From: Takakia lepidozioides
Taxonomy: Eukaryota; Plantae; Bryophyta
DNA: 64,000 bases
Reading direction: 5' to 3'
NCBI GenBank assembly: GCA_030704615.1
Contig: CM060733.1
Span: 69,254,001 to 69,318,000 of the forward strand
The position numbers were made by a program, and so were the translations under genes. The notes under the pieces are model-generated. The model worked only from the letters and a program-made list of their open reading frames with translations, was not told where the DNA came from and searched no databases. Positions 63,871-64,000 of this stretch are shown piece after piece. Positions within the stretch are counted from its first letter, which is position 1. Every line of letters begins with the position of its first letter.

Positions 63871-64000
63871 TGTTAGAGGGCTGCTTGGGACTTAGACGCT
63901 TTTACGGGTTATGTGGGGTACCCTTAATTTTTGCGCAGATTGAGACCAACATGAGCCTTAGGGGTGGCAGCAGCAGGCTTTAGGGGGGTTACACAGCCCG

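Overview
Eukaryotic, spliceosomal-intron-containing plant DNA. PLS-type PPR fragments, an MTB gene and short introns suggest a non-seed land plant; the species cannot be determined. Bases 1-48 kb are a nested transposon cluster. A decayed Mutator-like (MULE) transposase gene is interrupted at 2112 by a CACTA/En-Spm element. That element's TnpA-like gene, which carries an FCP1-like HAD phosphatase domain, is in turn interrupted by a complete 15-kb MULE (5450-20431, 9-bp TSD GCACCCTGA). This MULE is the main find. Besides its transposase it carries an intron-containing gene for a ParB-like domain plus a beta-class N6-adenine/N4-cytosine DNA-methyltransferase fold. The gene is flanked by arrays of a 22-bp palindrome (GGAAATGCGGCGCCGCATTTCC), one at a near-constant 53-bp period, and the motif recurs in three of its introns. 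The element also holds two divergent paralogous ORFs of unknown function. Further along are a piggyBac-like transposase remnant, a non-autonomous CACTA with captured OSB/PDF-motif and PPR fragments, a young Ty3/gypsy chromovirus with an inverted chromodomain segment, an inverted-repeat cluster, the host m6A-writer subunit gene MTB (52482-58970) and two LINE remnants. Many TE ORFs have single-base frameshifts, which may be decay or assembly error. All domain calls come from motif recognition by eye, not database searches.
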